In this document: positions 27,901-40,239 of the stretch, one piece after another | Layout of the letters: every line of letters starts with the position of its first letter | Numbering within the stretch: the first letter of the stretch is position 1 | Source: Eledone cirrhosa | Taxonomy: Eukaryota | Direction: 5' to 3' | Assembly: GCA_964016885.1 (NCBI GenBank) | Contig: OZ024752.1 | Span: 33,976,001 to 34,040,000, forward strand | DNA: 64,000 nucleotides | Notes under the pieces: model-generated | Databases searched by the model: none | Seen by the model: only the letters and a program-made list of their open reading frames with translations | What the model was told of the DNA's origin: nothing | Position numbers and translations under genes: made by a program

Positions 27901-27950
27901 GTGTTTAACCCTTTCATTACTGTATGTCTAATGAAAGACACAGTCTATGT
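19000..27950. repeat. Higher-order tandem duplication, period 4,511 bp
   Basis: Matching patterns at 19257/23768, 20831/25342, 22358/26869 and 22721/27232. Boundaries are approximate. Confidence 0.85.
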
Positions 27951-29451
27951 GTTTAATCCTTTCATTACTGTATGTCTAATGAAAGACACTGTCTATGTGT
28001 TTAACCCTTTCATTACTGTATGTCTAATGAAAGCCCTTTCATTACTGTATTTCTAATGAAAGACACTGTCTATGTGTTTACTCCTTTCATTACAGTATGT
28101 CTAATGAAAGACACTGTCTATGTGTTTAATCCTTTCATTGCTGTATGTCTAATGAAAGACACTGTCTATGTGTTTAACCCTTTCATTACTGTATGTCTAT
28201 TGAAATACACTGTCTATGTTGAATCCTTTCATTACTGTATGTCTAATGAAAGACACTGTTTATGTGTTTAATCCTTTCATTACTGTATGTCTAATAAAAG
28301 GGACTGTCTATGTGTTTAACCCTTTCATTACTGTATGTCTAATGAAAGACACTGTCTATGTGTTTAACCCTTTCATTACTGTATGTCTAATGAAAGACAC
28401 TGTCTATGTATTTAATCCTTTCATTACTGTATGTCTAATGAAAGACACTGTCTATGTGTTTAACCCTTTCATTACTGTATGTCTAATGAAAGACACTGAC
28501 TATGTCTTTAACCCTTTCATTACTGTATGTCTAATGAAAGACACTATCTGTGTTTAACCCTTTCATTACTGTATGTCTAATGAAAGACACTGTCTATGTA
28601 TTTAATCCTTTGATTACTGTATGTCTAATGAAAGACACTGTCTATGTCTTTAACCCTTTCATTACTGTATGTCTAATGAAAGACACTGTCTGTGTTTAAC
28701 CCTTTCATTACTGTATGTCTAATGAAAGACACAGTCTATGTGTTTAATCCTTTCATTACTGTATGTCTAATGAAAGACACAGTCTATGTGTTTAATCCTT
28801 TCATTACTGTATGTCTAATGAAAGACACAGTCTGTGTTTAACCCTTTCATTACTGTATGTCTAATGAAAGACACTGTTTATGTGTTTAATCCTTTCATTA
28901 CTGTATGTCTAATAAAAGGGACTGTCTATGTGTTTAACCCTTTCATTACTGTATGTCTAATGAAAGACACTGTCTATGTATTTAATCCTTTCATTACTGT
29001 ATGTCTAATGAAAGACACTGTCTATGTGTTTAACCCTTTCATTACTGTATGTCTAATGAAAGACACTCTCTATGTCTTTAACCCTTTCATTACTGTATGT
29101 CTAATGAAAGACACTGTCTGTGTTTAACCCTTTCATTACTGTATGTCTAATGAAAGACACTGTCTATGTGTTTAACCCTTTCATTACTGTATTTCTAATG
29201 AAAGACACTGTCTATGTGTTTAATCCTTTCATTACTGTATGTCTAAAGAAAGACACTGTCTATGTGTTTAACCCTTTCATTACTGTATATCTAATGAAAG
29301 ACACTGTCTATGTGTTTAACCCTTTCATTACTGTATGTCTAATGAAAGACACTGTCTATGTGTTTAACCCTTTCATTACTGTATGTCTAATGAAAGACAC
29401 TGTCTATGTGTTTTACCATTTCATTACTGTATGTCTAATAGGGCGGTGGAT

Positions 29452-29463
29452 TGGCAGTATCGG
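29452..29463 (+). promoter_or_regulatory. RNA Pol III type-2 internal promoter A box (SINE copy 1; same sequence in all 10 copies)
   Basis: TGGCAGTATCGG starts 12 nt from the element start and approximates TRGCNNARYGG. Confidence 0.7.
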
Positions 29464-29514
29464 TAGAGGGTCGGACGCCATGCTTTCCAGCATAGTTACG
29501 TCCCTTTACGATCT

Positions 29515-29526
29515 GAGTTCAAATCC
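29515..29526 (+). promoter_or_regulatory. RNA Pol III B box (SINE copy 1; same sequence in all 10 copies)
   Basis: GAGTTCAAATCC matches the GWTCRANNC / GTTCRAATCC consensus. Confidence 0.8.
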
Positions 29527-29805
29527 CGCCGAGGTTGACTTTGCCTTTCATCCTTACGGGGTCGATAAAATAAAGTACCAGTAATGTACTGGGTAATTGC
29601 TGGTCTTGTGCCAATAGTAGAAATAATTACTGTATGTCTAATGAAAGACACTGTCTATGTGTTTAACCCTTTCATTACTGTATATCTAATGAAAGACACT
29701 GTCTATGTGTTTAACCCTTTAATTACTGTATGTCTAATGAAAGACACTGTCTATGTGTTTAACCCTTTCATTACTGTATGTCTAATGAAAGACACTGTCT
29801 ATGTG

Positions 29806-29809
29806 TTTT
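29806..29809 (+). terminator. First TTTT run downstream of SINE copy 1 (candidate Pol III terminator) in variant monomer GTGTTTTACCAT
   Basis: The SINE body and the consensus monomer have at most T3 on the + strand, and this variant supplies T4. Function is inferred only. Confidence 0.3.
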
Positions 29810-32800
29810 ACCATTTCATTACTGTATGTCTAATGAAAGACACTGTCTATGTCTTTAACCCTTTATTTACTGTATTTGTAATGAAAGACACTGTCTATGT
29901 GTTTAATTCTTTCATTACTGTATGTCTATTGAAAGACACTGTCTATGTTTAATACTTTCATTATTGTATGTCTAATGAAAGACACTGTTTATGTGTTTAA
30001 TCCTTTCATTACTGTATGTCTAATGAAAGACACTGTCTATGTGTTTAACCCTTTCATTACTGTATGTCTAATAAAAGGGACTGTCTATGTGTTTAACCCT
30101 TTCATTACTGTAGGTCTAATGAAAGACACTGTCTATGTGTTTAACCCTTTCATTACTGTATGTCTAATGAAAGACACTGTCTATGTATTTAATCCTTTCA
30201 TTACTGTATGTCTAATGAAAGACACTGTCTATGTGTTTAACCCTTTCATTACTGTATGTCTAATGAAAGACACTGTCTATGTATTTAATCCTTTCATTAC
30301 TGTATGTCTAATGAAAGACACTGTCTATGTGTTTAACCCTTTCATTACTGTATGTCTAATGAAAGACACTGACTATGTCTTTAACCCTTTCATTACTGTA
30401 TGTCTAATGAAAGACACTATCTGTGTTTAACCCTTTCATTACTGTATGTCTAATGAAAGACACTGTCTATGTATTTAATCCTTTCATTACTGTATGTCTA
30501 ATGAAAGACACTGTCTATGTCTTTAACCCTTTCATTACTGTCTGTCTAATGAAAGACACTGTCTGTGTTTAACCCTTTCATTACTGTATGTCTAATGAAG
30601 GACACAGTCTATGTGTTTAATCCTTTCATTACTGTATGTCTAATGAAAGACACTGTCTATGTGTTTAACCCTTTCATTACTGTATGTCTATTGAAAGACA
30701 CTGTCTATGTTGAATCCTTTCATTACTGTATGTCTAATGAAAGACACTGTTTATGTGTTTAATCCTTTCATTACTGTATGTCTAATAAAAGGGACTGTCT
30801 ATGTGTTTAACCCTTTCATTACTGTATGTCTAATGAAAGACACTGTCTATGTATTTAATCCTTTCATTACTGTATGTCTAATGAAAGACACTGTCTATGT
30901 GTTTAACCCTTTCATTACTGTATGTCTAATGAAAGACACTCTCTATGTCTTTAACCCTTTCATTACTGTATGTCTAATGAAAGACACTGTCTGTGTTTAA
31001 CCCTTTCATTACTGTATGTCTAATGAAAGACACTGTCTATGTGTTTAACCCTTTCATTACTGTATTTCTAATGAAAGACACTGTCTATGTGTTTAACCCT
31101 TTCATTACTGTATGTCTAATGAAAGAAACTGTCTATGTCTTTAACCCTTTCATTACTGTATGTCTAATGAAAGACTGTCTATGTCTTTAACCCTTTCATT
31201 ACTGTATGTCTAATGAAAGACACTGTCTATGTCTTTAACCCTTTATTTACTGTATTTGTAATGAAAGACACTGTCTATGTGTTTAATCCTTTCATTACTG
31301 TATGTCTAATGAAAGACACTGTCTATGTGTTTAACCCTTTCATTACTGTATGTCTAATGAAAGAAACTGTCTATGTCTTTAACCCTTTCATTACTGTATG
31401 TCTAATGAAAGACACTGTCTATGTCTTTAACCCTTTCATTACTGTATGTCTAATGAAAGACACTGTCTATGTCTTTAACCCTTTATTTACTGTATTTGTA
31501 ATGAAAGACACTGTCTATGTGTTTAATTCTTTCATTACTGTATGTCTATTGAAAGACACTGTCTATGTTTAATACTTTCATTACTGTATGTCTAATGAAA
31601 GAAACTGTTTATGTGTTTAATCCTTTCATTACTGTATGTCTAATGAAAGACACTGTTTATGTGTTTATTCCTTTCATTACTGTATGTCTAATAAAAGGGA
31701 CTGTCTATGTGTTTAACTCTTTCATTACTGTAGGTCTAATGAAAGACACTGTCTATGTGTTTAACCCTTTCATTACTGTATGTCTAATGAAAGACACTGT
31801 CTATGTATTTAATCCTTTCATTACTGTATGTCTAATGAAAGACACTGTCTATGTGTTTAGCCCTTTCATTACTGTATGTCTAATGAAAGACACTGTCTAT
31901 GTATTTAATCCTTTCATTACTGTAAGTCTAATGAAAGACACTGTCTGTGTTTAACCCTTTCATTACTGTATGTCTAATGAAAGACACAGTCTATGTGTTT
32001 AATCCTTTCATTACTGTATGTCTAATGAAAGACACAGTCTATGTGTTTAATCCTTTCATTACTGTATGTCTAATGAAAGACACAGTCTGTGTTTAACCCT
32101 TTCATTACTGTATGTCTAATGAAAGACACTGTGTGTTTAACCCTTTCATTACTGTATGTCGAATGAAAGACACAGTCTATGTGTTTAATCCTTTCATTAC
32201 TGTATGTCTAATGAAAGACACTGTCTATGTGTTTAACCCTTTCATTACTGTATGTCTAATGAAAGACACAGTCACATGTGTTTAACCCTTTCATTACTGT
32301 ATGTCTAATGAAAGACACAGTCTATGTGTTTAACCCTTTCATTACTGTATGTCTAATGAAAGACACAGTGTATGTGTTTAATCCTTTCATTACTGTATGT
32401 CTAATGAAAGACACTGTCTATGTGTTTAACCCTTTCATTACTGTATGTCTAATGAAAGCCCTTTCATTACTGTATTTCTAATGAAAGACACTGTCTATGT
32501 GTTTACTCCTTTCATTACAGTATATCTAATGAAAGACACTGTCTATGTGTTTAATCCTTTCATTGCTGTATGTCTAATGAAAGACACTGTCTATGTGTTT
32601 AACCCTTTCATTACTGTATGTCTATTGAAAGACACTGTCTATGTTGAATCCTTTCATTACTGTATGTCTAATGAAAGACACTGTTTATGTGTTTAATCCT
32701 TTCATTACTGTATGTCTAATAAAAGGGACTGTCTATGTGTTTAACCCTTTCATTACTGTATTTCTAATGAAAGACACTGTCTATGTGTTTAATCCTTTCA

Positions 32801-35370
32801 TTACTGTATGTCTAAAGAAAGACACTGTCTATGTGTTTAACCCTTTCATTACTGTATATCTAATGAAAGACACTGTCTATGTGTTTAACCCTTTCATTAC
32901 TGTATGTCTAATGAAAGACACTGTCTATGTGTTTAACCCTTTCATTACTGTATGTCTAATGAAAGACACTGTCTATGTGTTTAACCCTTTCATTACTGTA
33001 GGTCTAATGAAAGACACTGTCTATGTGTTTAACCCTTTCATTACTGTATGTCTAATGAAAGACACTGTCTATGTATTTAATCCTTTCATTACTGTATGTC
33101 TAATGAAAGACACTGTCTATGTATTTAATCCTTTCATTACTGTATGTCTAATGAAAGACACTGTCTATGTTTAATACTTTCATTACTGTATGTCTAATGA
33201 AAGACACTGTTTATGTATTTAATCCTTTCATTACTGTAAGTCTAATGAAAGACACTGTCTGTGTTTAACCCTTTCATTACTGTATGTCTAATGAAAGACA
33301 CAGTCTATGTGTTTAATCCTTTCATTACTGTATGTCTAATGAAAGACACAGTCTATGTGTTTAATCCTTTCATTACTGTATGTCTAATGAAAGACACAGT
33401 CTGTGTTTAACCCTTTCATTACTGTATGTCTAATGAAAGACACTGTGTGTTTAACCCTTTCATTACTGTATGTCGAATGAAAGACACAGTCTATGTGTTT
33501 AATCCTTTCATTACTGTATGTCTAATGAAAGACACTGTCTATGTGTTTAACCCTTTCATTACTGTATGTCTAATGAAAGACACAGTCACATGTGTTTAAC
33601 CCTTTCATTACTGTATGTCTAATGAAAGACACAGTCTATGTGTTTAACCCTTTCATTACTGTATGTCTAATGAAAGACACAGTCTATGTGTTTAATCCTT
33701 TCATTACTGTATGTCTAATGAAAGACACTGTCTATGTGTTTAACCCTTTCATTACTGTATGTCTAATGAAAGCCCTTTCATTACTGTATTTCTAATGAAA
33801 GACACTGTCTATGTGTTTACTCCTTTCATTACAGTATATCTAATGAAAGACACTGTCTATGTGTTTAATCCTTTCATTGCTGTATGTCTAATGAAAGACA
33901 CTGTCTATGTATTTAATCCTTTCATTACTGTATGTCTAATGAAAGACACTGTCTATGTATTTAATCCTTTCATTACTGTATGTCTATTGAAAGACACTGT
34001 CTATGTTTAATACTTTCATTATTGTATGTCTAATGAAAGACACTGTTTATGTGTTTAATCCTTTCATTACTGTATGTCTAATGAAAGACACTGTCTATGT
34101 GTTTAACCCTTTCATTACTGTATGTCTAATAAAAGGGACTGTCTATGTGTTTAACCCTTTCATTACTGTAGGTCTAATGAAAGACACTGTCTATGTGTTT
34201 AACCCTTTCATTACTGTATGTCTAATGAAAGACACTGTCTATGTATTTAATCCTTTCATTACTGTATGTCTAATGAAAGACACTGTCTATGTGTTTAACC
34301 CTTTCATTACTGTATGTCTAATGAAAGACACTGTCTATGTATTTAATCCTTTCATTACTGTATGTCTAATGAAAGACACTGTCTATGTGTTTAACCCTTT
34401 CATTACTGTATGTCTAATGAAAGACACTGACTATGTCTTTAACCCTTTCATTACTGTATGTCTAATGAAAGACACTATCTGTGTTTAACCCTTTCATTAC
34501 TGTATGTCTAATGAAAGACACTGTCTATGTATTTAATCCTTTCATTACTGTATGTCTAATGAAAGACACTGTCTATGTCTTTAACCCTTTCATTACTGTC
34601 TGTCTAATGAAAGACACTGTCTGTGTTTAACCCTTTCATTACTGTATGTCTAATGAAGGACACAGTCTATGTGTTTAATCCTTTCATTACTGTATGTCTA
34701 ATGAAAGACACTGTCTATGTGTTTAACCCTTTCATTACTGTATGTCTATTGAAAGACACTGTCTATGTTGAATCCTTTCATTACTGTATGTCTAATGAAA
34801 GACACTGTTTATGTGTTTAATCCTTTCATTACTGTATGTCTAATAAAAGGGACTGTCTATGTGTTTAACCCTTTCATTACTGTATGTCTAATGAAAGACA
34901 CTGTCTATGTATTTAATCCTTTCATTACTGTATGTCTAATGAAAGACACTGTCTATGTGTTTAACCCTTTCATTACTGTATGTCTAATGAAAGACACTCT
35001 CTATGTCTTTAACCCTTTCATTACTGTATGTCTAATGAAAGACACTGTCTGTGTTTAACCCTTTCATTACTGTATGTCTAATGAAAGACACTGTCTATGT
35101 GTTTAACCCTTTCATTACTGTATTTCTAATGAAAGACACTGTCTATGTGTTTAATCCTTTCATTACTGTATGTCTAAAGAAAGACACTGTCTATGTGTTT
35201 AACCCTTTCATTACTGTATATCTAATGAAAGACACTGTCTATGTGTTTAACCCTTTCATTACTGTATGTCTAATGAAAGACACTGTCTATGTGTTTAACC
35301 CTTTCATTACTGTATGTCTAATGAAAGACACTGTCTATGTGTTTTACCATTTCATTACTGTATGTCTAAT

Positions 35371-35556
35371 AGGGCGGTGGATTGGCAGTATCGGTAGAGG
35401 GTCGGACGCCATGCTTTCCAGCATAGTTACGTCCCTTTACGATCTGAGTTCAAATCCCGCCGAGGTTGACTTTGCCTTTCATCCTTACGGGGTCGATAAA
35501 ATAAAGTACCAGTAATGTACTGGGTAATTGCTGGTCTTGTGCCAATAGTAGAAATA
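35371..35556 (+). mobile_element. SINE-like element copy 2
   Basis: Identical by eye to 29440-29625, with the same junctions. Confidence 0.88.
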
Positions 35557-38084
35557 ATTACTGTATGTCTAATGAAAGACACTGTCTATGTGTTTAACCC
35601 TTTCATTACTGTATATCTAATGAAAGACACTGTCTATGTGTTTAACCCTTTAATTACTGTATGTCTAATGAAAGACACTGTCTATGTGTTTAACCCTTTC
35701 ATTACTGTATGTCTAATGAAAGACACTGTCTATGTGTTTTACCATTTCATTACTGTATGTCTAATGAAAGACACTGTCTATGTCTTTAACCCTTTATTTA
35801 CTGTATTTGTAATGAAAGACACTGTCTATGTGTTTAATTCTTTCATTACTGTATGTCTATTGAAAGACACTGTCTATGTTTAATACTTTCATTATTGTAT
35901 GTCTAATGAAAGACACTGTTTATGTGTTTAATCCTTTCATTACTGTATGTCTAATGAAAGACACTGTCTATGTGTTTAACCCTTTCATTACTGTATGTCT
36001 AATAAAAGGGACTGTCTATGTGTTTAACCCTTTCATTACTGTAGGTCTAATGAAAGACACTGTCTATGTGTTTAACCCTTTCATTACTGTATGTCTAATG
36101 AAAGACACTGTCTATGTATTTAATCCTTTCATTACTGTATGTCTAATGAAAGACACTGTCTGTGTCTTTAACCCTTTCATTACTGTATGTCTAATGAAAG
36201 ACACTGTCTGTGTTTAACCCTTCCATTACTGTATGTCTAATGAAAGACACTGTCTGTGTGTTTAACCCTTTCATTACTGTATGTCTAATGAAAGACACAG
36301 TCTATGTGTTTAATCCTTTCATTACTGTATGTCTAATGAAAGACACAGTCTATGTGTTTAACCCTTTTATTACTGTATGTCTAATGAAAGACACAGTCTA
36401 TGTGTTTAACCCTTTCATTACTGTATGTCTAATGAAAGACACTGTCTATGTGTTTAACCCTTTCATTACTGTATGTCTAATGAAAGACACAGTCTATGTG
36501 TTTAACCCTTTCATTACTGTATGTCTAATGAAAGACACAGTCTATGTGTTTAATCCTTTCATTACTGTATGTCTAATGAAAGACACTGTCTATGTGTTTA
36601 ACCCTTTCATTACTGTATGTCTAATGAAAGACAGTCTATGTGTTTAACCCTTTCATTACTGTATGTCTAATGAAAGACACAGTCTATGTGTTTAATCCTT
36701 TCATTACTGTATGTCTAATGAAAGACACTGTCTATGTGTTTAACCCTTTCATTACTGTATGTCTAATGAAAGCCCCTTCATTACTGTATTTCTAATGAAA
36801 GACACTGTCTATGTGTTTAACCCTTTCATTACTGTATGTCTAATGAAAGACACTGTCTATGTATTTAATCCTTTCATTACTGTATGTCTAATGAAAGACA
36901 CTGTCTATGTCTTTAACCCTTTCATTACTGTATGTCTATTGAAAGACACTGTCTGTGTTTAACCCTTTCATTACTGTATGTCTAATGAAAGACATTGTCT
37001 GTGTGTTTAACCCTTTCATTACTGTATGTCTAATGAAAGACACTGTCTATGTGTTTAATCCTTTCATTACTGTATGTCTAATGATAGACACTGTTTATGT
37101 GTTTAATCCTTTCATTACTGTATGTCTAATGAAAGACACTGTTTATGTGTTTAATCCTTTCATTACTGTATGTCTAATAAAAGGGACTGTCTATGTGTTT
37201 AACCCTTTCATTACTGTATGTCTAATGAAAGACACTGTCTATGTGTTTAACCCTTTCATTACTGTATGTCTAATGAAAGACACTGTCTATGTATTTAATC
37301 CTTTCATTACTGTAAGTCTAATGAAAGACACTGTCTGTCTTTAACACTTTCATTACTCTATGTCTAATGAAAGACACAGTCTATGTGTTTAATCCTTTCA
37401 TTACTGTATGTCTAATGAAAGACACAGTCTATGTGTTTAATCCTTTCATTACTGTATGTCTAATGAAAGACACAGTCTGTGTTTAACCCTTTCATTACTG
37501 TATGTCTAATGAAAGACACTGTTTATGTGTTTAATCCTTTCATTACTGTATGTCTAATAAAAGGGACTGTCTATGTGTTTAACCCTTTCATTACTGTATG
37601 TCTAATGAAAGACACTGTCTATGTATTTAATCCTTTCATTACTGTATGTCTAATGAAAGACACTGTCTATGTGTTTAACCCTTTCATTACTGTATGTCTA
37701 ATGAAAGACACTCTCTATGTCTTTAACCCTTTCATTACTGTATGTCTAATGAAAGACACTGTCTGTGTTTAACCCTTTCATTACTGTATGTCTAATGAAA
37801 GACACTGTCTATGTGTTTAACCCTTTCATTACTGTATTTCTAATGAAAGACACTGTCTATGTGTTTAATCCTTTCATTACTGTATGTCTAAAGAAAGACA
37901 CTGTCTATGTGTTTAACCCTTTCATTACTGTATATCTAATGAAAGACACTGTCTATGTGTTTAACCCTTTCATTACTGTATGTCTAATGAAAGACACTGT
38001 CTATGTGTTTAACCCTTTCATTACTGTATGTCTAATGAAAGACACTGTCTATGTGTTTTACCATTTCATTACTGTATGTCTAAT

Positions 38085-38270
38085 AGGGCGGTGGATTGGC
38101 AGTATCGGTAGAGGGTCGGACGCCATGCTTTCCAGCATAGTTACGTCCCTTTACGATCTGAGTTCAAATCCCGCCGAGGTTGACTTTGCCTTTCATCCTT
38201 ACGGGGTCGATAAAATAAAGTACCAGTAATGTACTGGGTAATTGCTGGTCTTGTGCCAATAGTAGAAATA
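38085..38270 (+). mobile_element. SINE-like element copy 3
   Basis: Identical by eye to copy 1, with the same junctions. Confidence 0.88.
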
Positions 38271-40053
38271 ATTACTGTATGTCTAATGAAAGACACTGTC
38301 TATGTGTTTAACCCTTTCATTACTGTATATCTAATGAAAGACACTGTCTATGTGTTTAACCCTTTAATTACTGTATGTCTAATGAAAGACACTGTCTATG
38401 TGTTTAACCCTTTCATTACTGTATGTCTAATGAAAGACACTGTCTATGTGTTTTACCATTTCATTACTGTATGTCTAATGAAAGACACTGTCTATGTCTT
38501 TAACCCTTTATTTACTGTATTTGTAATGAAAGACACTGTCTATGTGTTTAATTCTTTCATTACTGTATGTCTATTGAAAGACACTGTCTATGTTTAATAC
38601 TTTCATTATTGTATGTCTAATGAAAGACACTGTTTATGTGTTTAATCCTTTCATTACTGTATGTCTAATGAAAGACACTGTCTATGTGTTTAACCCTTTC
38701 ATTACTGTATGTCTAATAAAAGGGACTGTCTATGTGTTTAACCCTTTCATTACTGTAGGTCTAATGTAAGACACTGTCTATGTGTTTAACCCTTTCATTA
38801 CTGTATGTCTAATGAAAGACACTGTCTATGTATTTAATCCTTTCATTACTGTATGTCTAATGAAAGACACTGTCTGTGTCTTTAACCCTTTCATTACTGT
38901 ATGTCTAATGAAAGACACTGTCTGTGTTTAACCCTTCCATTACTGTATGTCTAATGAAAGACACTGTCTGTGTGTTTAACCCTTTCATTACTGTATGTCT
39001 AATGAAAGACACAGTCTATGTGTTTAACCCTTTTATTACTGTATGTCTAATGAAAGACACAGTCTATGTGTTTAACCCTTTCATTACTGTATGTCTAATG
39101 AAAGACACTGTCTATGTGTTTAACCCTTTCATTACTGTATGTCTAATGAAAGACACAGTCTATGTGTTTAACCCTTTCATTACTGTATGTCTAATGAAAG
39201 ACACTGTCTATGTATTTAATCCTTTGATTACTGTATGTCTAATGAAAGACACTGTCTATGTCTTTAACCCTTTCATTACTGTATGTCTAATGAAAGACAC
39301 TGTCTGTGTTTAACCCTTTCATTACTGTATGTCTAATGAAGGACACAGTCTATGTGTTTAATCCTTTCATTACTGTATGTCTAATGAAAGACACTGTCTA
39401 TGTGTTTAACCCTTTCATTACTGTATGTCTATTGAAAGACACTGTCTATGTTGAATCCTTTCATTACTGTATGTCTAATGAAAGACACTGTTTATGTGTT
39501 TAATCCTTTCATTACTGTATGTCTAATAAAAGGGACTGTCTATGCGTTTAACCCTTTCATTACTGTATGTCTAATGAAAGACACTGTCTATGTATTTAAT
39601 CCTTTCATTACTGTATGTCTAATGAAAGACACTGTCTATGTGTTTAACCCTTTCATTACTGTATGTCTAATGAAAGACACTCTCTATGTCTTTAACCCTT
39701 TCATTACTGTATGTCTAATGAAAGACACTGTCTGTGTTTAACCCTTTCATTACTGTATGTCTAATGAAAGACACTGTCTATGTGTTTAACCCTTTCATTA
39801 CTGTATTTCTAATGAAAGACACTGTCTATGTGTTTAATCCTTTCATTACTGTATGTCTAAAGAAATACACTGTCTATGTGTTTAACCCTTTCATTACTGT
39901 ATATCTAATGAAAGACACTGTCTATGTGTTTAACCCTTTCATTACTGTATGTCTAATGAAAGACACTGTCTATGTGTTTAACCCTTTCATTACTGTATGT
40001 CTAATGAAAGACACTGTCTATGTGTTTTACCATTTCATTACTGTATGTCTAAT

Positions 40054-40239
40054 AGGGCGGTGGATTGGCAGTATCGGTAGATGGTCGGACGCCATGCTTT
40101 CCAGCATAGTTACGTCCCTTTACGATCTGAGTTCAAATCCCGCCGAGGTTGACTTTGCCTTTCATCCTTACGGGGTCGATAAAATAAAGTACCAGTAATG
40201 TACTGGGTAATTGCTGGTCTTGTGCCAATAGTAGAAATA
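40054..40239 (+). mobile_element. SINE-like element copy 4
   Basis: As copy 1 except G>T at 40082 (GTAGATGGTCGG). Confidence 0.88.

Larger units (their letters stand above)
29440..29625 (+). mobile_element. tRNA-derived SINE-like element, 186 bp, copy 1 of 10
   Basis: Non-satellite, GC- and CpG-richer insert. It has an A-box-like TGGCAGTATCGG, a B-box GAGTTCAAATCC, acceptor-like pairing GGCGG/CCGCC (29442-29446 / 29526-29530) and an AT-rich 3' end. It is flanked by ATTACTGTATGTCTAAT at 29423-29439 and 29626-29642. Confidence 0.88.
29423..29642 (+). repeat. 17-bp target-site duplication ATTACTGTATGTCTAAT flanking the SINE (29423-29439 and 29626-29642)
   Basis: The satellite register steps back 17 bp across the insert, and both junctions are the same in every copy. 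Exact TSD length is slightly ambiguous because the target is itself repetitive and the SINE end is AT-rich. Confidence 0.75.

Noticed and set aside
29441-29531. Functional tRNA gene
   Set aside because: A and B boxes are present, but the acceptor pairing is only about 5 bp and I could not build a clean cloverleaf or anticodon arm. It is followed by a SINE-type body and TSD. tRNAscan-SE would be expected to miss it or call it pseudo.
29531-29580. HDV-like ribozyme in the SINE body
   Set aside because: An ACTTT/AAAGT pairing could mimic P2, but I could not assign P1, P3 and P1.1 in the required nested double-pseudoknot order.
29120-29952. ORFs with unique peptides GRWIGSIGRGSDAMLSS...KYQ and MYWVIAGLVPIVEI
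   Set aside because: These are chance translations through the SINE-like insert, repeated at each copy, with no recognisable protein motif.
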